Positions 1 to 7,793 of a stretch of DNA of 18,509 nt are shown one piece after another. The translations under genes and the position numbers were made by a program. Under the pieces are notes generated by a model. The model made no database searches. It saw nothing but the letters and a program-made list of their open reading frames with translations, and was not told the DNA's origin. Within the stretch, counting starts at the first letter, position 1. The number at the start of each line of letters is the position of its first letter. The DNA comes from a virus: positions 1 through 18,509 of IMG/VR virus record IMGVR_UViG_3300039321_000032. One strand, given 5' to 3'.

Positions 1-5
1 GTGAT

Positions 6-167
6 ATGGAAAGTGATATTAAAGAAACAATAAAACAAACAGAAGAGTATATTAAAGAATTGGATAAATGAATGCTCGAATGTAAAGAGGCTACTAAAAG
101 ATTTGGTGATATTATAGACAAAGTATTAAAAAATAAAGATTATATGTTTATTTCTAAATTTGATTAA
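6..167 (+). CDS. hypothetical small protein (53 aa from the ATG at 6; the frame stays open to the left window edge, so it may be 5'-truncated)
   Basis: Absent from the ORF track because an in-frame TGA (69-71) splits it. Reading TGA as Trp gives MESDIKETIKQTEEYIKELDKWMLECKEATKRFGDIIDKVLKNKDYMFISKFD. TAA at 165-167 lies 2 nt before the next ATG. Confidence 0.4.
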
Positions 168-169
168 TT

Positions 170-310
170 ATGGATGATCATTTATTTAAAAAGCTTGAAG
201 AACTAGAATACAGAATAGTTCAACTAGAAAACCAGAATAGAGGTTTAGTTTGGGAAGAAGTAGAAGAAATGCCAAAACCAGAAATTACTAATGCAACATA
301 TACTGATTAA
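170..310 (+). CDS. hypothetical small protein (46 aa, coiled-coil-like)
   Basis: ATG 170 to TAA 308-310 gives MDDHLFKKLEELEYRIVQLENQNRGLVWEEVEEMPKPEITNATYTD. Tightly packed between its neighbours (2 nt and 1 nt gaps). Below the ORF-track size cutoff. Confidence 0.4.
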   Translation: MDDHLFKKLEELEYRIVQLENQNRGLVWEEVEEMPKPEITNATYTD

Positions 311-311
311 T

Positions 312-455
312 ATGAAATACCAAACCTATAAAGTATGTATAAATGGAGTGTATTATGTATATGTAATACCAGAAAATAGTAAGTTTTTAGTAGACTTACA
401 AACAGGAGATTTAATACCTAAAGAAGATGATAAATTATTTGAAATGATGGAATAA
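312..455 (+). CDS. hypothetical small protein (47 aa)
   Basis: ATG 312 to TAA 453-455 gives MKYQTYKVCINGVYYVYVIPENSKFLVDLQTGDLIPKEDDKLFEMME. Followed 5 nt later by a strong hairpin. Confidence 0.4.
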   Translation: MKYQTYKVCINGVYYVYVIPENSKFLVDLQTGDLIPKEDDKLFEMME

Positions 456-459
456 ATGA

Positions 460-487
460 AAATAGGAGGGCATAAACCCTCCTATTT
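460..487. terminator. hairpin between convergent genes (putative bidirectional intrinsic terminator)
   Basis: Perfect 11-bp inverted repeat AAATAGGAGGG (460-470) / CCCTCCTATTT (477-487) with a 6-nt loop. It sits between the plus-strand stop at 455 and the minus-strand HNH stop (TAG 482-484), which lies inside the right arm. Confidence 0.6.
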
Positions 488-805
488 CTGTTTAAATCTT
501 TGATAATTACTAACCGATGAATGAATAGCTTTATGACAAACTGAACATAATGTTATTAAATCTTCCAAATGTTCCTGCTCATTATATAAATTCTCATACG
601 TCTTATGATGTACCGATAAAGACCTATTTCCGCCTTCCTGAACACATCAGTTACAAGTTTGGCAGTGGTAGTTATCCCGCAATAATATTTGCTCTCTAAT
701 GGCCTTAAAATCCTTTGATCTTATATATCTTTGGTACTTTAAATATTCTTCACTTCTTACTTTCTTCTTTGTCTTATGAAGCAGTTTACTTGATTTGGAG
801 TCCAT
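482..805 (-). CDS. HNH endonuclease (107 aa)
   Basis: ATG at 805-803, one in-frame TGA at 647-649, TAG stop at 482-484. Translation: MDSKSSKLLHKTKKKVRSEEYLKYQRYIRSKDFKAIREQILLRDNYHCQTCNWCVQEGGNRSLSVHHKTYENLYNEQEHLEDLITLCSVCHKAIHSSVSNYQRFKQK. It shows the CxxC...VHH...N...LCxxCHxxIH pattern of HNH nucleases. Missed by the ORF track because of the TGA. Confidence 0.8.
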
Positions 806-807
806 AA

Positions 808-1260
808 TTATATAATTGTAAATTTCTGTCTTCTCTGCAAACCCTCTTTATTCTTCAGTCCTAAATGAATTCAACTAGCTATTCCATTTCTAGGTTTCTC
901 ATAAATAAGTTGATCAAAATCATACTTTTCAATAGCTTCAGTAATCCAAACCTGAAATTCTTTCATTTGGCCGTTACTTGGAATTATATCTGCTGCATAT
1001 CCTGTTAGATGGGCAGATGTCAAAGATCCTCCTACAGCTTTATTAAGCTCATTACATCTATAACCTGAATTCACACTTATTGCTGGATTCCCCAACCGAT
1101 TAACATCACAATACTCTGCCCAATCACTTCTTAATGGGTCTAAAAGTTTCTCGACTAACTCTATAAGGTGTTCAGTAATCTCTTTATTTGGAGTATTATC
1201 TATCTTCTTAATAGAAGCTGTATCAGATCTTGTTAATTCACTAATAGTAAAATATTTCAT
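808..1260 (-). CDS. endolysin, LAS/M15-family zinc peptidase (Peptidase_M15_3/VanY-like), 150 aa
   Basis: Track ORF 871..1260 stops at TGA 871-873. Reading it as Trp adds 20 residues up to TAA 808-810 (...PRNGIAS-W-IHLGLKNKEGLQRRQKFTII). SAHLTGYAAD matches the SxHxxGxAxD zinc motif, and the extension restores the C-terminal W-x-H third ligand. Confidence 0.85.
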
Positions 1261-1421
1261 TATTTAATAATATCTTTAAGCATAGTATAACGGTAAAATA
1301 AATGACATCCTGCACCAAGTGCTATGAGTACTAATGTAATCCAAAATGGAATTACTTTTACCATTAAAAATACTAAGATTATAATTACTATTGCTATTAA
1401 ATATTTCATCCAATATTTCAT
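1260..1421 (-). CDS. putative holin (53 aa, two predicted transmembrane helices)
   Basis: MKYWMKYLIAIVIIILVFLMVKVIPFWITLVLIALGAGCHLFYRYTMLKDIIK has two hydrophobic helices and a charged C-terminus. Its TAA (1260-1262) overlaps the endolysin ATG (TAATG). Below the track cutoff. Confidence 0.55.
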   Translation of the reverse strand: MKYWMKYLIAIVIIILVFLMVKVIPFWITLVLIALGAGCHLFYRYTMLKDIIK

Positions 1422-1424
1422 AAC

Positions 1425-2078
1425 TTATTTATTTAAAATTATACTTACTTTAATTCCTGTATCTCTTAGTTTTACTCAAGTATCAACTGGCATCTCATTA
1501 TCACAATAAGATAAGCCTAAAATTCCAATATCTCTATCTTCTGATTTTAAATAGAATATTGCAATCTTATTAACATCATTAGATTTAAATGTATAATACA
1601 TTCTTCTATCTAATTCCTTTATATCTTCAACATCTCCAAATCATCCTCCTTTTTTAGATGTTTCCAATATAAATAAATAATCAGATAATAGGAAGTCTTT
1701 ATAGTGACTTGAAACTGGAGCAACTCCAGGTTCTGTTTCTTCACTATTCATAATTCCATAAGTGAATGGTAATCCTCCTAATCCTGAAGTGCCATTATGA
1801 TACTCAATAACTCAAGCTCTATCTGCATTCGTATCATTTAAAAGGTCTTTAAGGATATATCTAACCTTAAGATCCGCTTCTTGTCGTATTACTTGATTAG
1901 TATTATGAACTGTTTCTATATAACTTACAACTTTATCATATATTATTCCTGGATTAGTACTTATAATTATTACATAAGAAATAAATATAAATCCAAATCC
2001 ACCTTTAATTATTTTCCACAGTCCATATTTATCTACTCATTCTAATACCTTTCCAAACCAGTTTAATTTATTTTCCAT
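1425..2078 (-). CDS. N-terminally membrane-anchored protein of unknown function (217 aa), directly upstream of the holin
   Basis: ATG 2078-2076 to TAA 1425-1427, open only if four TGAs (2037-2039, 1812-1814, 1641-1643, 1476-1478) are sense. MENKLNWFGKVLEWVDKYGLWKIIKGGFGFIFISYVIIISTNPG... contains a transmembrane helix. No standard-code ORF of 60 aa or more appears on this strand. The only track ORF here (1324..1509, +) is antisense low-complexity. Confidence 0.7.
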
Positions 2079-2503
2079 TACATATTATCAGAACAAGTAC
2101 CCAGAGTGTTGTCTACAGCTAAATCAACTCTAACAAATACTCCAGTGCAAATATCTTTGAACTTCTGATAAAATGGAGTAAAAATTAAAGGATAAGAAAT
2201 ATCAACTTCTGGATATTGGTTATTAAATCGGTTAATTATATTAGTTAATGCTAATATTCCAGCTGATTGCTCTTCAAGCTGATTATTATCAGTCTCATCC
2301 CATCTTGCTATAAAATAGAGATTTAAAGAGTAAGTAATAGTATCCTCATCCATATTAAATGTATTTGGAGTTATATAAAATACATTATATTCAATAGTTG
2401 GGATACTATTAAGTTCATATATATCCTTACTTCCTACAAAATTAATATTGGGTTCTTCAAGAGCACAAGCTTTTAAATTGTTTATTAATTCAAAATACGT
2501 CAT
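2078..2503 (-). CDS. hypothetical virion protein (141 aa; possibly head-tail joining, by position)
   Basis: Track ORF 2078..2605 trimmed to the ATG at 2503 (MTYFELINNLKACALEEP...), 1 nt after the upstream TAA at 2505-2507. Its TAA 2078-2080 overlaps the next ATG. Confidence 0.6.
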   Translation of the reverse strand: MTYFELINNLKACALEEPNINFVGSKDIYELNSIPTIEYNVFYITPNTFNMDEDTITYSLNLYFIARWDETDNNQLEEQSAGILALTNIINRFNNQYPEVDISYPLIFTPFYQKFKDICTGVFVRVDLAVDNTLGTCSDNM

Positions 2504-2504
2504 T

Positions 2505-3188
2505 TTACTTACTCTTTTTATTGTTATCACTTGAAGGGAAATCATAAGCTCTTTGCAGAGGACCTTCACAAGAATTATATCTCCAACCTTTACCTCTAGC
2601 TCCACCTAACCAAATAGTGCAAGATGAACTTGAATACATATTTGGATACATATCTTTAAGAGGTTTATAAGAATACAATTCAGGAAAATCATTATAATAT
2701 GTAATTACCCAATTTTGCAATCTAGTTTTAAAGAAATCTGCTTTATCTCTATAATACTTCTTAATAAGATTAACTTGATTAATATCAGAAGTTAAATCTT
2801 TCTCATCATCAGTCCTCATAACCCCAAAATTACTCAGCTTAAATGAGATGGGTATAGTAATCTCACTTAATACTTGATAAAGTAAATAAGGCTGAATATA
2901 GTAATCTAGCAATTCTTTATATCTATGATTTTCTGGGTCATCTATTGAAGTAGGATCATAAATAGGAGGTTCTATTGGATGAACTGGTTTATTTGGATCT
3001 TTTCAATCAATTACTAATTTCTGAATCTTTTCTAAGAGCTTAGTTCCAATTAATGACTGAAGCTCAATATCTTGTGCAAGTTTAATTGCTGACTGAAGAT
3101 ATTTACCAGAAACATTATTGTCTAAATTGGATTCTGATTTTATATAATCTTCAGATATTAATAGTACATTTCTATAATTATTTTCCAT
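2505..3188 (-). CDS. hypothetical virion protein (227 aa; possibly a head-tail adaptor, by position after the portal)
   Basis: Track ORFs 3003..3188 and 2505..2912 share a frame and are joined by TGA 3003-3005 plus 30 open codons (...KLVID-W-KDPNKPVHPIEPPIYDPTSIDDPENHRYKELLDYYIQ...). The ATG overlaps the portal stop (TAATG). Confidence 0.7.
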
Positions 3189-4270
3189 TATTCAACTTGT
3201 TTAGTATCAGCTTCATTAAGGCTAAATGGTGAAATTGTGATTGAATTCTGCATTCCAAAGATCTTATCAAATGAATCACAAATCTCTTTCTGAATAGGTC
3301 TAATCATAGTTCTATTATAAAGCTTGAATGAAGATTCAAATTCTTGCTCATTAAAACCAGTTGAATCTGAGTTAATTCCAAATAAGTTAGGATTAGCTCT
3401 GAAGGCACAGAATATTTGATCTCTGGTTCTCTCAGATAATGATTGATATTTCTCATCAAAATCATCAGAATCTAATCTTTCAATAGTAGTCTTATTTGCC
3501 TCATCTGCATTATATGAAATCAATATTCTGCCAGCATTCTGATAACCAGAGAACTTCTCATTAATATTCCTCTCAATCTCCTCTCTAATTTCATCTGTAG
3601 GTTCCCCATTATTAAAGTTAATAATAAGATTACCCATAAATCCATTATTGATGTTATTTAAATGGAATTCATTAATATTTTTCTCAGTTTCACAAGATAA
3701 AATAGCAGCTCCATAAACAGGAATAGGATATACTCCTCTTGTTATATAACCTTTATTATAAAATATACTAGCTGGATTTTCATCCCCATCTCCAAATTTT
3801 GGATATTTTATAGCTTTTACAGACCAAGCTGTCCAATCAGTTGCATAATATAATATATCATTCTTTTCGCTTGACCTTACATTCATAAAATCAATATGAT
3901 ATATCTCTGCAACTCTTCCGAGCATATCTCTAATTACTTGGATAGCATAACCTCCAAATATCATCTTATCAATAGTGATTTTTCTCATTATATCAACTAT
4001 TGTTTCACCTTTCTTGTTTACAACTACTTCAAATCCTGGAGCATTACATTTAACATCGTTACCAACAATAAAGTCAGCAGAACCATTAATAATGGATTGG
4101 AGAGTGGCAACATTTAAATATAAATCCCATAGATATAATGGATATTTGTTATCTTCTCCCCACATTACATAATCTTTTCCCCTCACTTTAGTTTCTGTAG
4201 GTAATACGATATTACTTGCAATAAATGGATCAATAGCACTTAACTGAACTTTTGTTTTATTTTCGCTCAT
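3188..4270 (-). CDS. portal protein (360 aa)
   Basis: Size and portal-like sequence blocks (...YGAAILSCETEKNINEFHLNNINNGFMGNLIINFNNGEPTDEIREEIERNINEKFSGYQNAGRILISY... and ...RANPNLFGI...). No TGA; all 4 Trp are TGG. TAA stop. Confidence 0.75.
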   Translation of the reverse strand: MSENKTKVQLSAIDPFIASNIVLPTETKVRGKDYVMWGEDNKYPLYLWDLYLNVATLQSIINGSADFIVGNDVKCNAPGFEVVVNKKGETIVDIMRKITIDKMIFGGYAIQVIRDMLGRVAEIYHIDFMNVRSSEKNDILYYATDWTAWSVKAIKYPKFGDGDENPASIFYNKGYITRGVYPIPVYGAAILSCETEKNINEFHLNNINNGFMGNLIINFNNGEPTDEIREEIERNINEKFSGYQNAGRILISYNADEANKTTIERLDSDDFDEKYQSLSERTRDQIFCAFRANPNLFGINSDSTGFNEQEFESSFKLYNRTMIRPIQKEICDSFDKIFGMQNSITISPFSLNEADTKQVE

Positions 4271-4649
4271 AACTTACGTATGTATTAGGTTTGTCGTATT
4301 GATAATTATTATTCTCATAATCTCCAATTCTTATTAATCCTGTTCCCAATATAGGTATTGGTTTACCAGCAACTAATATCTGAGTACCATTAGTAAGAGT
4401 ATTATTATATGTAACCAGAATAACTGGATTGCCATATAACTCTGATCTAAATGGATTGTTTACATCAACTATAACTTGAAATTTATTTGGATTAGTAAAT
4501 AAAATATATTGATATTCACCGTCTCTCATTCCTTCTTGAAGTGTAATATCAAACTTATAGTAGATATTCTCAGAATAATTCTGATTTTCAAGATTAAATG
4601 TATAAACTTCTTTAGTAGTTGTATTTTGCATTAATAAAGTATAATTCAT
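4257..4649 (-). CDS. hypothetical protein (130 aa), first gene after the 4650-4802 intergenic region
   Basis: Intact track ORF with a TAA stop and a 14-nt overlap with the portal start. No recognisable motif. Confidence 0.6.
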   Translation of the reverse strand: MNYTLLMQNTTTKEVYTFNLENQNYSENIYYKFDITLQEGMRDGEYQYILFTNPNKFQVIVDVNNPFRSELYGNPVILVTYNNTLTNGTQILVAGKPIPILGTGLIRIGDYENNNYQYDKPNTYVSYERK

Positions 4650-4724
4650 ATTTTACAGCAATTTACATTAGTTTTACATATCTTTTTCTTAAAATATAAA
4701 CCAATTTACTAATGTATTAAAATA

Positions 4725-4752
4725 ATTAAAGGAGACCTAAGCCTCCTTTAAT
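4725..4752 (-). terminator. stem-loop downstream of the fibre/LRR block (putative intrinsic terminator)
   Basis: 10-bp stem ATTAAAGGAG (4725-4734) / CTCCTTTAAT (4743-4752) with an 8-nt loop. On the minus strand it is followed by TTATTTTAAT. It lies 51 nt after the LRR-C stop at 4803. Confidence 0.5.
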
Positions 4753-4769
4753 GTCAAGTTTTTTACTCA
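4750..4769 (-). promoter_or_regulatory. conserved 20-nt intergenic motif, copy 1 (minus strand TGAGTAAAAAACTTGACATT)
   Basis: Identical 20-mer at 14239-14258. Contains a TTGACA hexamer. Weaker similarity continues on the minus-strand 5' side (TTTATTT..CTTAG.TAC). Confidence 0.4.
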
Positions 4770-4802
4770 CTCAAAGTACTAAGAAAAAATAAAAATAGAC
4801 AA

Positions 4803-5774
4803 TTAGTTTGAACTTGCTAAAGTTCAGTTTTTAGATGTAGCTAATGATTTCTGTTCTTCAGTAAGTGCATTATAAATGTTAGTATAAAAAGTTAAAGTTT
4901 TGGTATCCTTTCCAGTTAAATCACTAACATTTGTAATAATATCAGTTACTGATTGACTATTTAGTGCTCTAAAATTTGCTAAATTCATACTTTTATCAGC
5001 TCCTTCAACACCCCCAAAATAAGTAACAATAGTATTAGTAGATGCACATATTGAAGTTTTATTTAGATCTCCTGTTAATGTGCAATTATTTAATTTAATT
5101 TTTCCTACTGTTGTAACACCCTCATTATATGAACTAAAGTAATTATATAAAGATAGTTGTCCATTAATAACTTCAATTTCAGGAACATTACTGCTAACAG
5201 AATAAAAGAAAAATTGTAAAGATGATACACCAGTATCAACTTCATTTATCACTTTTAAAGTAGTTGGTAAATTAGAAGCATTAAAGAATGTTCTTGCTGC
5301 ATAATTTCAACTAGAGGATAAGGTATTAATTAATTCTAAATTATTTAGTGTGCCTTGAAATCCAGAAAATGCATACGAATCCCCAACACTAGTTCTTATA
5401 TTATCAATATATATATTATATGTGTTTTGGAAGGCATATGATGCGTTATATACTTTAGACAGATCAATATGACTTGATATATCTATTGTAGATATGAAAT
5501 TAGTCCCATCAAATCAATAATTTATATTATCTGGAAGAGAATATTCTATATTATTATATTGCTCTTGTGTCATACTAGAATGTGCAAATGTTAATCCATA
5601 ATCATTTAAATTAATCTTTCCTCCACCACCTCCAGAAATCTGTCCTATCTTATCAGCATAGCTTCTAAAGGTATCGGAATCTGATACAGCAACACCTTTA
5701 GCTACAATAGCATCTTTAATGGCACTCTTAGTACCTTCAAGATACGTTAATTTATCAGAAATTGTATTTGCCAT
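4803..5774 (-). CDS. BspA/DUF285-like leucine-rich-repeat tail protein, paralogue C (323 aa)
   Basis: Track ORFs 5514..5774 and 4824..5252 are in one frame, joined through TGAs at 5514-5516, 5307-5309 and 4824-4826, ending at TAA 4803-4805. Repeats of the YAF/MF...L type are present. The C-terminal block ...DLTGKDTKTLTF...LTEEQKSLATSKN-W-TLASSN is paralogous to 6671..7792 and 10419..11372. Confidence 0.8.
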
Positions 5775-5775
5775 A

Positions 5776-6429
5776 TTAGATTACCTCACCATTAATTGTA
5801 TCAAGAGTAGTTGAAATATTACCAATCTGAGCTTGAATTGCTGAGATTTCTCCATCTAACTCTGTCATCTTTGTATTATATGCATCTGTAGTTACATAGT
5901 TTGATAACTCACTTTTATCTGCTTTAAGTGCAACTTCATCTTTAGTAGCTAATCCAGATACATCAGGAATCTTATTCTCTACAGTTGTAAGCTCTTCTTT
6001 AGTAGCAAAATCACTAGTATCAGGAATTTCTGCTTTAGTTGCATAATTACTTAAATCTACAGATAGTTGCAAACCTTCTCCATTTCTATGTAAAGATAGA
6101 GGTTGATTAGCTTGGAATACTTCCATCTTAGAAGTTTCTAACTCCTCAACTTCCCCTTTAAGATTAGTAATCTCTGTATTAATTGGAACAAGCTTAGCAT
6201 CTATAGATTGATCTACTAAAGGAGGAACTTGATCTTCAATACTTTCTGTTACTTTAGTATTAATTAACTCTTCTGCTTTCTCCTCAGAAATGTAATTACC
6301 TTTAGGTTGGAATCTTTCATCTGCTTCAATCTTAGTATAAGAACCAACAGGAAGTTGTCCAGATTCAATACCACATTTCTTACTAACATAGAAAGTTTGT
6401 GTATTTTTAGTATTCTTAAGTATAATCAT
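5776..6429 (-). CDS. tail fibre protein B (217 aa, coiled-coil with repeated Y-A-T-K motifs)
   Basis: Intact track ORF with a TAA stop. LQLSVDLSNYATKAEIPDTSDFATKEELTTVENKIPDVSGLATKDEVALKADKSELSNY resembles LSVDLSTYATNDKV... in fibre A. Confidence 0.75.
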   Translation of the reverse strand: MIILKNTKNTQTFYVSKKCGIESGQLPVGSYTKIEADERFQPKGNYISEEKAEELINTKVTESIEDQVPPLVDQSIDAKLVPINTEITNLKGEVEELETSKMEVFQANQPLSLHRNGEGLQLSVDLSNYATKAEIPDTSDFATKEELTTVENKIPDVSGLATKDEVALKADKSELSNYVTTDAYNTKMTELDGEISAIQAQIGNISTTLDTINGEVI

Positions 6430-6431
6430 AA

Positions 6432-6668
6432 TTATCTAACTTTTATTGATTCCTCATACTCTTTAGAAGCTTTAATAGCTAATTCTTTATATTCAGCATC
6501 TTTATCTAAAGAGACTTCTGATAGATGCTCTAAATCGCAACTTAAAGGACAGATACATTCGGTAAATGAACTATATGTTTTAATATCCATTCCTTCTTTA
6601 TAGTTAGTAAGTACATAACCTTCTTCTGGACTAACTACTTTATATTTTTCTTTAATTTCAATTTTCAT
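6432..6668 (-). CDS. small conserved protein, paralogue B (78 aa; possibly a fibre assembly or adaptor factor)
   Basis: Track ORF 6432..6695 trimmed to the ATG at 6668, 2 nt after the LRR-B TAA (6671-6673). EEGYVLTNYKEGMDIKTYSSFTECICPL aligns with DEGYFITSYKEGDDIKEYSASTILYCPL of 10198..10419. Confidence 0.6.
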   Translation of the reverse strand: MKIEIKEKYKVVSPEEGYVLTNYKEGMDIKTYSSFTECICPLSCDLEHLSEVSLDKDAEYKELAIKASKEYEESIKVR

Positions 6669-6670
6669 AA

Positions 6671-7792
6671 TTATGCAACTCGATTTATACTTCAATTCTT
6701 TGAAGCTATTAATGATTTCTGTTCATTTGTAAGTTTATCATATGCAGTAGATTTTAATGATATACTTGTATAAGAAGCTACTGCTGTGCCAATAGATTCT
6801 GCTATAGTTTGTAATGAATCCGTAGATAGATTTGGAGATTGTGCAAAATAAAGAATTCCTCCTTTAGTTAAACTCTCTCCTAATCCATTTAAAGCTCCTA
6901 CAGTAACTAATTCTGGACAATTTGCAGCAAAACTAGTACAATCTGTAACAAGATGACAATCTATTTCTGGTGTAGCTGTTAATCTACTACAAGTACTAAA
7001 CATATAGCTTATATCTGTAATTCCAGTAAAGGTAAAATTACTTGGAATAGTTGTTAGATATAATGCTCTACGAAACATATGATTACAATCTCCTTTAAAG
7101 GGAATATTAATCGTTATATTATCTATATTAGTAGCTCCATCAGCTGTATCTGCAAATGCCCATTTTGGATCTACTAATACAAGATTTTGAAAATTATTCA
7201 TTACAGAGAAATCATTATTATCTATTTTTACTCCAATAAATAAATAATTTGCACTTACTTCTTTAGTAGTTGTAGGTATTTTAACATTAGATAAAGTAGC
7301 ACTATGTATTGTTTGACCCCAAAATTGAGATTCACTAGACCATTTTCCATATGCTTCATTAAGATTAGTAATCTCCTGGTTATTTAGATCAAAATGAGAT
7401 GTGTCAAAAAACCCTCCTTTTCTACTTAAATCTCCACTATTTAACTTTACATCTGCATATGTTTGAGCAGAACCTATAATACTACAAAGAGGTACACCAT
7501 CTATATTAAGGGCTAATTCACTTAAATCAGCAGTGAAGCTAATTACTGTAGAATTAGAACCAGATCCTCTACCCATTCAATCCCTTTGTATATCATTTAT
7601 AGTTCCATCATAACTGCTAAATACATAACTGCAAGGATCAACTATTGTAGTACCTTGAGGAACTGGATTAGCAACTGTAACCATCTGTGGATTACAAGGA
7701 TTGATAGGCCAGACTTTGGTACTGCCGACATAAATAGCAGTACCTTGTCTGTCACCTACATAAAATGTTTTTAAATCATCTCTAATATTCAT
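6671..7792 (-). CDS. BspA/DUF285-like leucine-rich-repeat tail protein, paralogue B (373 aa)
   Basis: Track ORFs 7577..7792 and 6692..7576 are in frame, joined by TGA 7577-7579. A second TGA at 6692-6694 extends the end to ...EQKSLIASKN-W-SINRVA, with TAA at 6671-6673. Confidence 0.75.
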
Positions 7793-7793
7793 A

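Noticed and set aside
2504-2605. N-terminal extensions of track ORFs 2078..2605 and 6432..6695
   Set aside because: The extensions overlap the 3' ends of the upstream genes by 101 and 25 nt. Internal ATGs at 2503 and 6668 sit 1-2 nt after the upstream TAA, matching the packing seen everywhere else.
4725-4769. Reading motif copy 1 as a standard sigma-70 promoter
   Set aside because: The TTGACA hexamer is followed by the GC-containing hairpin. The nearest TA-rich hexamer (TTTAAT) is 21 nt away, outside the normal 16-18 nt spacer. Only copy 2 fits a -35/-10 geometry.
4650-4802. Suppressor tRNA or other RNA gene in the intergenic gaps (4650-4802, 11373-11463, 14162-14356)
   Set aside because: No cloverleaf-compatible arrangement, no GTTCRA T-loop box and no D-loop GG context. 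The only structures are simple hairpins. A suppressor tRNA, if any, must lie outside this window.
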